In this document: positions 51,201 through 64,000 of the stretch, piece after piece | How positions within the stretch are numbered: the first letter of the stretch is position 1 | Layout: each line of letters begins with the position of its first letter | Assembly (NCBI RefSeq): GCF_037042905.1 | Contig: NC_087251.1 | Location: 8,682,001 to 8,746,000 of the forward strand | Source: Lytechinus pictus | Taxonomy: Eukaryota | DNA length: 64,000 nucleotides | Direction: 5' to 3' | The notes under the pieces: model-generated | Databases searched by the model: none | Seen by the model: only the letters and a program-made list of their open reading frames with translations | Told to the model about the DNA's origin: nothing | Position numbers and translations under genes: made by a program

Positions 51201-52045
51201 ACTCTTAGTCAGTGGAATATTCAAAATCATTTTTTTTAAATTAAATTTGATGGAAAGTGGTGTGGACACCACTTTCTATTCCTTTCCCTCTGTTTCTCTA
51301 ATCTTCATTCTTGGTTGGACACCCATGCCCTCTCATTGTTCATCCGTGTTCTTTCAGGCCTTATGAGAGTGAAAATTAGAGAGAGAGAGAGAGAAAGGGG
51401 TGGGTACGTGTGTGGTTGTGGGTATGGGTGGGTACGTGTACTGTGTGTTGATGTGTATGAGAGTTTGAATGTGTGTGGGAGCGTGTGTGGGTGTGCGAGT
51501 ATAATCATTGATCTGTATACCGACCAGTATCAAGTTAATGATTATATTCATCTTGGGCGTGACTGAGGCTCGGACCTCAAACCTCAGAGCTCTGATTCAA
51601 TAGCTTATACATGTAAGCCGCAACGCCGACACTTATTGTTTCCTTCATTCTAGGGGGCAACCTTTAAAACCATTTTGAACTCTCTCTCTTTGTAGGGGGG
51701 GGGGGGTTGTCATAATTTTCGAGGAAGCTATCTCCATGGTCGACCGTGTATGTCGACGAGGACCACATTTTCGACAGAGCGCCCCTCCCCTTCTAAAGAG
51801 CTTGACCATGAATCAATATATATTTTTATAAAATATAGTTACTGGTCAAAACGGACTAAAATCAATTAAGCCAACAAAATAGTTTTCATGTAGGATTTTT
51901 GCTGCGTTTCTTTCCTCACCATAGCGGGCGTAGTTTAACAAAATTAAAGCCATCGTTGCATTTCAATGGAAGAGCAGACAGATTGAAATAATCAAGAAAC
52001 ATCGCACATTGAAGGGAAAAAGGCGATATGAAAATTGCGTACCTG

Positions 52046-52467
52046 GGTAATCAACCCCCGGACAACTACCCCGGACAATTACCCCCCCGGACAATTACCC
52101 CCCGGACAGTTACCCCCGGACAATTACCCCCTGAAGACAATAACCGGCCGAGGACAATTACCCCCGGACAATTACCCCCTGGACAATCACCCCCGGACAA
52201 CTACCCCCGGACAATCATTCAAAGCCTGTATTTTCGTAAGGGTTTGGATATGGTTTTATTCACGATTGATATACAAAACATATAAACATAATACACATTG
52301 TATAATCAAATGATTGTGTAGTAAATATCTAAGTTCATAGAAATTAATGTAATACAAAATATATCGTATAGGGATAAGTTATCCCTATACGATATATCTT
52401 GTATTATATTAATTTCCTCGGGCGGTTATTGTCTTCAGGGGGTAATTGTCCGGGGGTAGTAATAACC
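52046..52467. mobile_element. Foldback-like element with about 15-bp tandem sub-TIR repeats (CCCCGGACAATTACC) and an internal long palindrome
   Basis: About 10 repeat units at 52055-52215, an inverted copy ggttattgtcttcagggggtaattgtccggggg at about 52424-52456, and a palindrome with 38-bp arms at 52340-52416. No TSD identified. Confidence 0.7.
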
Positions 52468-54717
52468 GAGCTGTTCTTCCCCAGGGTGTGTAATTTTAAT
52501 TTATAATGATGCCCAAGTATCATCTTACATTGTAATTTTTCAAAGATGTAGTAACTGTGATTTTTTTCAGCCAATTATTCTTTGTTGAATTTTGAAATGT
52601 TATTATGTTTATTTGATTTGATTTGATTTGATTTGACTTTATTTTACATATTTCACAAGTACAAACAACAATATGAAAACAATATCAGAAAACTCATGAG
52701 AATACAAATCAGACAAGGCATAATAATTAATTCAAATTAAAGAAAATAGCGATTTGGAATTAAAGACAATTTAAAAGAGTGAAATATGAGGGAACCTGCA
52801 CAAAAAAGCAAAGCTTGTTAAGTCTGCAGGATCCAGAAAAAATATCTCGCCACCCCCCCCCCCTCATTACTATTTTAATTTTTTATTTATTATTATTATT
52901 TTTTATTTTTTTATTTAATATTATTTATTTATTTGTTTTTTTTACAAAAAGGGCTCTTTATGCGCACAAATTTAGTAAGTTGATATCAGAAAGCTATACA
53001 GACAAAGATTCTGCAAGTTTTAGCAGATTCCATGCTTGAGAACAAGATGCACATAATTTATTTTGACCGATCAAAATAAACTTTCATGTGAAATAACAAA
53101 ACTAATCTAGTAAAACACATTTGTATTTCATATCTTCCATATCATAACTGTTAACACACATTTAAATAATCTAGAAGTGACCCGGAACTGTCACAGGGGA
53201 CTCACCAATACTGAAAATAGGCTTTAAGTTCATCAGGTCTTGTTATGAATTGATATCAATTCTATTTTCGATGCTATCCAAGGTGGATAACACTCCAATC
53301 TAGATGTTGTGACGGCGGCGAATGGAAACACATTTCTTGGTCCGGAAATTCTTGGGACACGTTACGTAATGGATGGAAGACTATAGAGGACGATGCTCCC
53401 CCCGAGGAAGAAGAAGAAGAAGTAGAGATGAGAATTGTTAATAGTTATTGACATCTTAGAATTAAAAAGTATCACATACAAAAATATTATTATATGGATT
53501 GGCGGGACTATTAAATTCGAAACAGTTAATATGTGATTTCATCAACCAATGCCGATTTGTATATAACCCCCCCAAAAAAGTTTATACCTCCAATTATTAT
53601 ACTTATTGACATTAAACTGTTATTCCAATTTTATTCTATCTTCCATCGTATCCTAATAACCCAAAGAAACCCTTTCTAATTTTGTAAAATAAAACAATTG
53701 ATGGGGTGTCTTCCTTCATTTGTGAACAACATTTTTTTCAGACACGTAACGATTTGTTTTTCTTCAAACTGTTTGTATTGTCAAGAGTACTTGATACTTA
53801 GAACGACACCACCTAAGATATCCATTATATTTCAATTCAAGAAAAGTGATATTGCTCTACTAAAAACATTAGATCAACAATCAAATTGCTCTCATATTGT
53901 CACATGAAGATAGTACTTATGTGTATGATGAGGTAACTGACGTAAACACTACGTGAATTGAACACACACTCGTCGCCTGTTTACGAACAATGCGTCCTCG
54001 CCATCTTCAAATCATTTCTATATTTGAATTTTGTTTGTTCATAACAGGCTTTTAGGTGGGTGGCAGGCGGAGACTTATCTTACTGTCCCCGTCCAGAGCC
54101 AGATAATGTTCTTTTTACATCTGCTATTGATCGCTGATTCCATCCCCAGTCTTAACTCCAATCAAGTGTTAATTAATAATTACAGAGTTGAGATAATACC
54201 ATACCAATTGGCGGCAAACATGCACGACCGGAAAAAGAAAGGTAAAAGATTCCACTGAGGGACAATAAAGGAAGGGGCACTTAGCTGTTGAGTTGTCATT
54301 TTATTCTTGTAATTATTATAAATCATGTTTGCGTGTCAATCTTGTCGAAGACAGAGGCCGGATGAGGAAACATTTTAGGCAAACCGTCTCTTTATTTTCG
54401 TTATTGTTTATTCATTACCGGAACCAAGGAGCACTATTGATTGAAAATAGAAAGTAATATTAGTATTTCATTCAAAAACAGAATGGAGGAAATTGAGATT
54501 GAGAGAAGATTTACAGCAGATAGATAGATGGGTAGATGTTATGATGAACGGATAATGTTCACAGAAGAGATTAAACGTTCGAAGGAAGATTCTCATCTTC
54601 AGGAAAAGGAAAATGCCCGAGGAATGCTAATGGCGCACGCATACACCCCACACAACACACACCCACACAAACATGGGCGGCGATTGGGGGGGGGGGAGGG
54701 GGGCATATCCCCTTAAA

Positions 54718-55171
54718 ATTGTGGATTTTGCACAGTAACCAATGGAAGAGGGTAGCCCCCAACCGTCCGTGACAGCTGACAAAAATTTACAAAAAATCTG
54801 TCAGGACCTCGTTAATACAGGTTTGTATTCGTATCGTCACTAACATTACAATAACACCTAAATCGAAGAAGCTTACCATGACTCGAGGGAAAAAAATTAA
54901 GACCAAGTCTTTTAACTAACCTGGCCCTTATATTGAATCAAAAAATAAAAACAGATACATGAGATAGAAGATGAGTGTGATGACTGTAATACTTAAAAGA
55001 CTACAATTTTATTTTGATATAAATTGATTTATTTTGCGTTTGGTCATATACACTTGATATTTAAATTTCGTTAAAAGATCATACAATTTTTTTTAAGAAT
55101 GCATCATTATTAAAAATCACAGACGGGTGGGGGCTACCCTCTTCCATTGGTTACTGTGCAAAATCCACAAT
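54718..55171. mobile_element. MITE with about 55-bp near-perfect TIRs
   Basis: attgtggattttgcacagtaaccaatggaagagggtagcccccaaccgtccgtga (54718-54772) is inverted at 55117-55171 with 2 mismatches. The terminal AT could be a 2-bp TSD. Confidence 0.85.
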
Positions 55172-55550
55172 CCTGGCTGCTATTATTTCAAGCTTTCAGC
55201 TTACGATAGCTGGCCTCTGCATTTAAATTTATTTGTTATTGTTTACATGAATTATGTCTATATCTACTCAGCTACTATACAACTGTCACCTTTGTAACTT
55301 GATCATTATGTATTTTTGATTTTATATCATTGTTATAAATTTGTAATTTTGATTTATTAATAAATGCAGAAATACCTGCTTAATTTTTTTTATGTAATTA
55401 GATAAATCTGCTAAAAATGACTTCATTCTATTCGATTGGTGGAATGGGGAAAGCATATTACATTGTTTCTTTTAAAAAGATAGAGGGCGTGTGTCTAATT
55501 ACAGCCTCGGCTTGTGATTCAACCTCGTCATTTACTTTGATTTCATCATG

Positions 55551-55553
<3 letters not shown>

Positions 55554-55585
<32 letters not shown>

Positions 55586-55599
55586 TATATATATATATA
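55554..55599. repeat. (TA)n microsatellite
   Basis: Direct reading of the sequence. Confidence 0.9.
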
Positions 55600-58500
55600 G
55601 GCCTACTCCTGTTGAGCTTTTTCGGAAGCGTCATGCTATTTTTATCACTGAGTGCATGTGTGATGTCAATATTTCCTCATTTCATTGACGCACTTGACAG
55701 TGAAAACAATTGTTACTGGAATTTGTTTTTATTGTTGATCGGACTCCTAGAACGTGCTTCAGTGTGTCAATAAATAGTTTTAGAAGTAGTTCACTTAATT
55801 TCTCATCTAATTTACGATTGTTCCTTTTCGTTAAATTATAATAAACAATATTCCCAGAATTCGTAAGTTATATTTTGTGTTTAACTTCATCAGGTTTGCC
55901 CACGCAATCTCAGCCCTGACCGGGGACGAGGTTACGAAAATTACAACCTTGAAACCAGCGATTTGTATCGCCAAAGACAAAGGCCAAATAATGATGGTCA
56001 CTTTTATCTTGTGAGAATCTCTTTGGATATGACAGGTTATAATGATTTTTTTTAATGGAAATAAATAAGATGGGTTGCATTTCAGCCCAATTCATGAGTT
56101 CCCCAGACTCTGGAACTCTTTACCTTCTGACCTGAGGAACTCTATCCTTACTGTTTCTCTTTCAACATGGTACAATTACCTATATTCCTACTTGTCGATT
56201 CTGATTACGTGTCCAAATTTGATATGACACCATATTTATGTATTTTTAGAATTATCTATATTTTATTCATATGTATTTAACTGTTTCTATTATATCTCCA
56301 CTATCAATTACTTACTTATTTATATCCAATGGAGTTTCAATATTTAAATTTTTAAATTTTAATTTCAATTTTTCATTCATTGCATATCCATTGCAGTTTA
56401 AATATCAGGGGGTTGTATTTTACAAGTTACATTAAACGCAATACAATTGATAAAATTCAATAAATATATGCTGTATTGCTTGCCAAGATACCACAGTACT
56501 CTCAGTTTTTAATTATTCATTGCAATTTATACAATCTCTTACCGACTCACACGTCAAAGCCAACCAAACTTGATTTAGATAATTGGTCAGCATATTCCCT
56601 TTCTTTGATTTAATTTCTCACCTTGTAATACAGCATATTTATTGACATTTGTTTGCATGATTTCATGCTATAAGATTCTGAGTAATTGTTGTCTTCATTA
56701 TATGTAACTTTAAATGCAAATGTATGATATGTTTATTTCACATGAAAATATTACAATGGATTCACCTGGATGGGGTATGGGTATATAGTTATTTGGTTAA
56801 CTTTGCCCAATGCCTGGCAGCTCATCTAGATTAATCCATCCCTCAAACATACACACACGCACCCTCACCCACACACCTCCAGGCACATGCATAGAGGGAT
56901 ATATGCCTACTGTTATGAAATATACATGTAAACGTGTTAAACATTAATAGCAGCAGCTTCAGTTTTCCGTCAAACTATTCAAGTAAGTTCTGTAGGTGTA
57001 AACAAAATAAAATGCCCATAATTTCATCATGACAATATCGATATATTCTTTCTCTTTCCATCCATCTCCTTGTTTTTTTCTTCTTGAGCTTTGCTCAAAA
57101 TAATCTTTTACCAAAATAATGGAAATTTTCTTCACCCGCACACACTCATGCATGCACTTTCAAAGTTTCAATTGTCTTTTAAGAAATTAAACTCGAAACT
57201 TTCTTCTCCCGACGGTCGACGTGTTTAGAGACTCATTTTTTTTCTTCCAAATAAAGCTTCTCTTACTTGGTTGCTATCAACTCAAAGTGTTTTTTTTTAT
57301 TTTATAGTTTTGATAGCTGATCCCTATATCAATATAATTCATTTCTATTTGTTCTTTTATACACTAATTGGTTGAATATGTCCAGAATTGTTGATTTCAT
57401 CACAAACTCTTGCCGTAATATTGTCACATTTTATGCATTTCAATAAACATTAAGGATGGGAATAATTTTTATTAATCAATAACTGCATAAACTTCAGTGA
57501 AAAAACGGAAACCGTTTTACCTTGAATACAAAATCTTCTCGTCAATCTCAGAGTATTCCATACTACAATTAACTTGTTTACTTACAACTCTAAATAGATC
57601 AATAAAGATACCATTATGAATATCCCATTATATTTATCGCTATTGTGTATTTTCAGTTTGACCGTAATTGACTCTTATTTGAGCGTGAAATGAACTTTTT
57701 AGCCTCAACGCCTCATTCAACTTTATTATCCGAATATGAGTAATTGTTGTACTTTGTCATGTAATATTTTTGTTATGGATTTTTCTTCTTGCCTAATACA
57801 ACTCAAAATAAAAGTTGTTGTGTCTTTGGCGAATTTACTGCATTCTATTTAACATTTTCATTATTGTTTTTCTTCTGGTGGGGCAAGAATAAAGGTTGTT
57901 ACAAGAGGAATAGATACAGCAATGTACATCGATTATTTCATTTGATAGAATAATCCTTGAATGACTCAATATTGTCTTTGACCATGTTGACAAATGTTGC
58001 TTTATTCTTGATTCTCAAGAGTGTAGGTGGTATTCCCAAGTATGGGCTAAATCCCAGACAAAACATTATTTTAATCCACGCATCCACGAATGCTACATTT
58101 TATCTTCCTTATTCGATATTCATAAAAAAAGAAATTTATCAAATACTTCATTTAAATTCTCTCAATACTCTTCATATTTCATTGTTGTAATTCATTCGTT
58201 CATTGCTGTAATTCATTCGCTATCTTTTATTTCATTATTTATCATTTTTTGTAATTGTTTATTTATTTATTCATTTGTTTGTTTGTTTATTCATCTATTT
58301 TCATTCATATTTTTTTTTACTTATTCATATACTTATTTATTCATGGACATTTTAAATAAGTGATCAACAAACACACTCCATGAAAAGAAAAGAAAAGTTA
58401 AATCCTGGATCTACTAGGTCCATGGTTAAATCAACGAGTGCTAGACAGTGTATCCCAGATATAATTGAAAAAAGTCACAAATGACACCTCACTGTAAAGC

Positions 58501-61500
58501 TATGAGTCTCCTTTTCTATCTAAACATTTTATATGATTCTTTTCTTATTCACGCAAGAAACAATTTGAAGACAGGACTAAAAGAAGATCATTGGCGGACG
58601 ATCTGAGTTTCAATAGGGAAATTACGTTCCGTATCTGCTCTTCAATTTGATATACCTAAAGCAAATAATAGCAATTTTTTACTTTTAAATATATTGCTTG
58701 CATTTTTGACCCATAATCTCATCAAACTAATGCTTTCTCACAGATTTCTTACCTTACCAATTTATAGGGTTATATACACCGTCAAGAACCCCGTATAAAA
58801 CAAACCCTAAAGAGTTCTTTGTAGAATAAAAACATGAAAAATGGTTCTAAGCGACTGTGTAGAGCAATTTTGTGCTTCTATGAGATACATTGAAATGTTC
58901 TAAATACGGGACAAAGAACCGTACTAACATTTTGTGTCAAAGATTCGATCTAAAGACTAAATGTAATAGGAGGGCAAGGATTAACAAAATGAAAATGTCT
59001 AAAGGTATACCTAATTATAGGTCCCCGATAAGTTGTGTAGTTATCAGTATAAAACCACTTTTGAAACATGGATACAGTCCTCACTTTCTTATCAGCAATT
59101 TATAGGACAATAGTCTGATTTTATCATGTTTATTATTAAAAAATTATGTTAACGTTCGATTCTTTTTGGTCGGTTGATAGTCAACTAAAGTGATTAATAT
59201 AATATCTTACCATGACATTATATTCTTATTAACTTTGTTTACTTCAATCCCTCAATAATGTTATATGTAGCGCTTTCTGAAATTTTTCTTTTCATCTTAT
59301 AATATCTCGATTATGCGATTATACTATCAATTTCATGATTCACCTTGATACTTTATCGTGTAAAAATTGAATACAGTTTTCGTTGAAATTATGGTGATGA
59401 CTAAATCTAGTACTGATAAGTTCTGTCAAGCAGTACAAAATGTGCTGGTCTGTCCTTCATTTTCATTTTCTTTTTAATTATTATCCACTTTGAGTGACGG
59501 CGTTGGTTGTCTTTTGCCAAGCCATCTGAACTGACCCGTCCCATCCGGCGCTTTGTGAACTCTCCAGCCGTATTTGAACTTCCCTTGACTTCTCCCAACT
59601 CATCCATTCAACAAGACAAAGTACAAAGCTCCAGTCCAGCCCCCAAACCACCATCCTGTAAACCGGGCAAAAAAGTAACAAATTAAAATATTTACTAATT
59701 TGGGCTCATTCATGCGCATTATGATAATCGTCTCGTGAATGAATGAAAAGTCTATTATGACTTTAGAAATGAATGGTTAATTCATCTCTATTTAGATAAG
59801 TAAAACGTGTATGGTTTATTGTATAATAGTTGGAGGGATTTTGAATGAGCGACGTTAGATGCGAAAGTTCAAGGAAAAATAAAAGAACAAGAACGCCGTT
59901 GTGAAAGAAAGCGCAAGAAATGAAAGGGATCATGTGCTGATGAATTTCCTGTATATCTGCAAAATATGTTAGTTTTTATCATTTTTATCAACATGTACTT
60001 TAACAAACCCCTTGTATTACTGCTACATTAAGACTGATACAGCATCCGCCATTCTTTTTGTCCACGTCCTATATCATTGTAATTGTAAACTTTGAAATGA
60101 TATAGTGTGGCAATATTACCTGTTTCTATCAAAAGGTTTAATACCAACATCAAAACATGATCTGATTTTTAGAACCAGTGAATTAGTACGAGCGTGTGAA
60201 ATACCGCCATTGTGCCCCTCCCCAATTTTCGTAATAAAAAATAAATATAAGTCAACTTTTGCCAAATCTAAGATCTGATACCGTGCACATGCATGTAAAC
60301 CTTATATTATGAGCCCACAGAAAAATAAGGTGTCCCTTCACGCATGTGCCAAATAGCGGTATGTTCGTGTCATATTCGAAACTGCAAGATCAAGAGTGCA
60401 TTGATTTGTTAGCTCTCATGAAACACATGTCATTCTATGAGGGTCTGCGGCTAATCAATGCTAATACTGGTAACAGTGCTCAACGCATTATCCATATCAA
60501 TGACCACTGATGATACCATCAGTAGAATGAATCTTGTTCATATACAGAAGCTTAAGGTCCGATAATCTGGTGAACCTAGAAAGCGTGCACAGTTCCTGGA
60601 AGTGATTTAATATCTCGTGTAGATAGTAAATTAGAATAATGACATGTTAGGAACAAAAAAGTTTTCATTGGTATGTTTGTAAGGTTTTCTCTGTTTATTT
60701 AAATCAGGGTGCACATGATCGGCCACAGATTTAATTATCATTCATATCTTAGAAAATCATCTTATGAAAAGCGCAAGCTCCTATATCTAAGAAAGTATGT
60801 AACCAATGTGAAAAAATAATTAGAAGTATCAAGTAAAAAAATCGTAATCATTGTCAATATCGTGATTTGCCTACTGCTATACTCTGTTTCTGATTCAAGT
60901 AGCATGAAGAGGAATAACATGACAAAAGCTACGTTGGAACGAACCTATGAACAAACAATGAAATATAATTTACAAAACTCAAAAACTTTTCAAATATAGT
61001 TCACTAACTATAGTATTACTTTAGACTTACCTTTGGGGAAGTACGATAGGCAGAAGTACTTTTTTGGATGAAATAAACACCATGACAATCAACATTATTC
61101 CCATTCCATTTAAGAAATGAATCTACGTCTAAACACTACATAAAATATTCTGGACAAAAATTCGTTCTCCTTTTCTGCAACCTCGTCATGTCTCACCATC
61201 ACATTGGTTCAAGTTGATGTTCTAATATTGTTTGTAGAATGGAATGACGACTACATGAAGGGCTAGACATGAATTGGGTCAAATAAAATAGTTTGATTTA
61301 GTGTGAAAATCGATTGTTTTAATACAGGTAACAGATGGCTCAATGTTTTGCCATTGTGATCTATATACGTGGTGGAATGTATGGTATCGAGGGGTAAAAT
61401 GGTTCAAGACTGAAAGAGGGTTTCGCTGCGAAAATTGTGGTTTCTCCTTTCATGTTTACCAATTCGGTGAACAAATTGTGTACGTTTCAAGTGAGAGAAA

Positions 61501-64000
61501 ATGGGTCGAGCTTTCATCGCCTGGGCCAAACCTCGACTTCCTAGCATCCCCATGAGATGGCACCCGGTCAGGAGTCCGGACACCCCTCCCTCTTCCGTCT
61601 ATCTGTCACCCATGATACACCCTCGCATTTTGTCTTCCTAACTCCAAAGAGAGAAGAGAAAACTAAGAGAGGGGACAAATCCCACCGCTGCCGACACTAA
61701 GTGTTGAAAACTGAACCACAATTGTGACTCGCCACAGTCTCAATCGTAGAAAAGAGAGGGAGAGGGAAATACATGAAGAAAGGGTAGAGACCGGGGGTAG
61801 AGAGATGTTTTTATTTTCATGGCAATGAACACGTAGCAAACGTCTCGCCCAATCAATTTCTGCATCCACTTTGCTTTGTAGGATGACAAAATTTCTGTGT
61901 CACGATTATCATCTGGGATCCGACATGGCCGCCTTTTCGCGCCCCGAGCAAAGTTAAGTTTGGAAAGATAGCGCTGGGCCAACTGCATCATCAATCATAA
62001 TTTGGTGGTGTGCCGATCGGACGGCTGGGGGCGGCTTGGGAGAACTCTGCCTTGGATTACACACTGCCTCCGATATGACAGACAACCTGACCAACTTGGC
62101 GTGACTGAGAGAATGTCACAGTGTGCAAAACAGAATCGATATCACCAATCCGTGAAGTCATAATTTGTCGACATCAAAACTTTTTTTTTCGATGAAAACA
62201 GGAGATTCCATTGTGCGTGCAGCTGGTAAAATGGACAGGAGGTGGTTCAACAGACCGTAGCAGGTTCTCTAGAAGCCATCTAGCAGTAGGACGCGGGTCA
62301 GTAGATGCTTCATAGCAGTTGCTGAAAGACAACACCTTGTCACACATAACCAATCTGCGCAATGCACACGACTTTCTAACAAACATCATGTCATATCAGA
62401 TCAAGACCAAAAAACGACCACTTCCAGAGTTTCCCCTTGATACTCTCACTTTGCCCTCCTACCAATCTTACATACACCTCTCAATCCTCCATGGGAACAA
62501 ATATTTTTATCCAACTACCAAAAGTTTTACACCGGAAATTCTATGTTTTCATAAGCAAATAAATAAGCTCTTATTGAAAGATGTATTATTTTGGATTATT
62601 ATTTTGTCACTCCACTCTCAGGTTTCTGATAGACTTTCAAAATGACGTCTTATCGAATTCCCTGTGCAATACGACTTCGAGAGAAACACTACCAGCAAAT
62701 GCTGTTCATTTTCCGACTTCTAATACCACTTTTAAGATAGGTCCTCCAGCACTGGGATAACAGGTACATTCACTTTAAGTTACATCATGACAAATCATAA
62801 CTATTTTGCAACTCGATCAATTGATATTTTTAAAGTAAGTTTTATGTAAATACCTCTAAAATGCAGGCCATACTCTCCAAACATACCGGGCTTGTGTGAA
62901 AAGACCACGTTTGCCTTGTCTCAAATGATTTTATCGCAATAATTTTCTTTCTTCTCTTTGAATACCTGATGAAAGTTTTGAATTAATTTAGAATGTTGTT
63001 GCAGTTAGTTATTGACACATCAGATCAAACCAATGTTAAGTTGTATATTACGAAGCTCATTACAGGAGATGACAACGTGTGATAAGTAACTCGTTTCAGT
63101 CAACGGTTTAACCCAAGAAAGAAAGATAAGCTAGAGGAGGTGGGATTGGTGAGGGTCAAAAACATATTTTGGCTCCGACGGCTGCGTGCGATAAGAAAGA
63201 CAAACTGGGCGAAGCTTTGGGACGGTTTGAGCCACTCGATATCTATCAAGATCCTCTGCAGGAAGTCACTCATGTTTGTTCAGAGATGGAGTCCCTCTGG
63301 CTACGACAAGCTAGGTAAATTTGTTATGCGTTCCTTCCTTTTACCCCTCCCTGCCCCCTTCCTCTTCTAATGAAGATGAGAATTTGTGCTATTAAAGGTT
63401 CGATGATCTGAAAGCTTGGAAATCTGGTCGGGACATGGTTCAATGACCACATTAACGCAACAACTTTGAGTTCACGTCTACACTTAAAATGATACAACGG
63501 ATATTATTACTCTTAAGATATGGGCGTGAGTCTTGGAAGATAAAAGATGTAGTTAAAGTGGGTATCAGAGAGAATGTGTGTGTGTTCGTATATGTGTGTG
63601 CGTGTATGCGAATATAAGGAGGACAGAGAAGAGAGACACGATTTGAAAATGTACAAATTTCTCTAATATAATCATGATATGGGGTAAGGGGAGTGATCAC
63701 TATCGTTGAAAGTTTCGTAAATTCGATATTAATAATGTACGATGATTCAGCTTTCTTATGATTTGTTTTAAAAGTGTGAAATATTGGCCATGTGTGAATA
63801 ATGAAATTAATGAATATGACCGTCAATGTACTACTTATATAAAACAAATAAGCATAGATCATTATAAATCCAGCAACATCATATTAAAAAAAAATTGATA
63901 TTATGAATATCCTCCATTCGTGTGCCTTATATACCATAACCATTTGGAAAATTGTATATATAGTGTTGTCAATAAAATATATATATATATTTAATTTAGG

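Noticed and set aside
52028..52313. Two Pro-rich ORFs (PPGQL repeats) and CRISPR-like periodicity
   Set aside because: Translation products of a 15-bp tandem sub-TIR repeat; there are no spacers.
38200..64000. Numerous 60-136 aa ORFs in the track downstream of foxG
   Set aside because: No recognisable domains or consistent exon chains; many have non-ATG starts or low-complexity composition, as expected by chance.

Overview
AT-rich animal genomic DNA, most likely from a sea urchin (inferred from the FoxG protein and the repeat types; not database-checked). There are two main components. (1) Positions <1-14513 hold a large minus-strand CACTA/EnSpm (CMC superfamily) DNA transposon whose other end lies outside the window. 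It has a CACTCTTAAAA terminus with a TA flank, subterminal repeats and a putative GC-rich promoter. It carries a multi-exon SAM-domain accessory gene (six coding exons reconstructed by hand with consistent phases). An intact, intronless 837-aa DDE transposase (3833-6346) sits inside an intron of that gene and has its own splice acceptor and a GTGAGT donor directly after its stop codon, so it looks like a cassette exon. The element's long first intron is filled with nested MITEs, a Helentron/DINE-1-like element with four RFX X-box palindromes, and a dense TAGGCCTA cluster. (2) An intronless foxG (BF-1/FOXG1) gene at about 36646/36664-38178 (+) lies in about 48 kb of otherwise non-coding DNA containing CACTA-type MITEs with 2-bp TSDs, other MITEs, tRNA-derived SINEs and microsatellites. 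Almost all other short ORFs in the track appear spurious.
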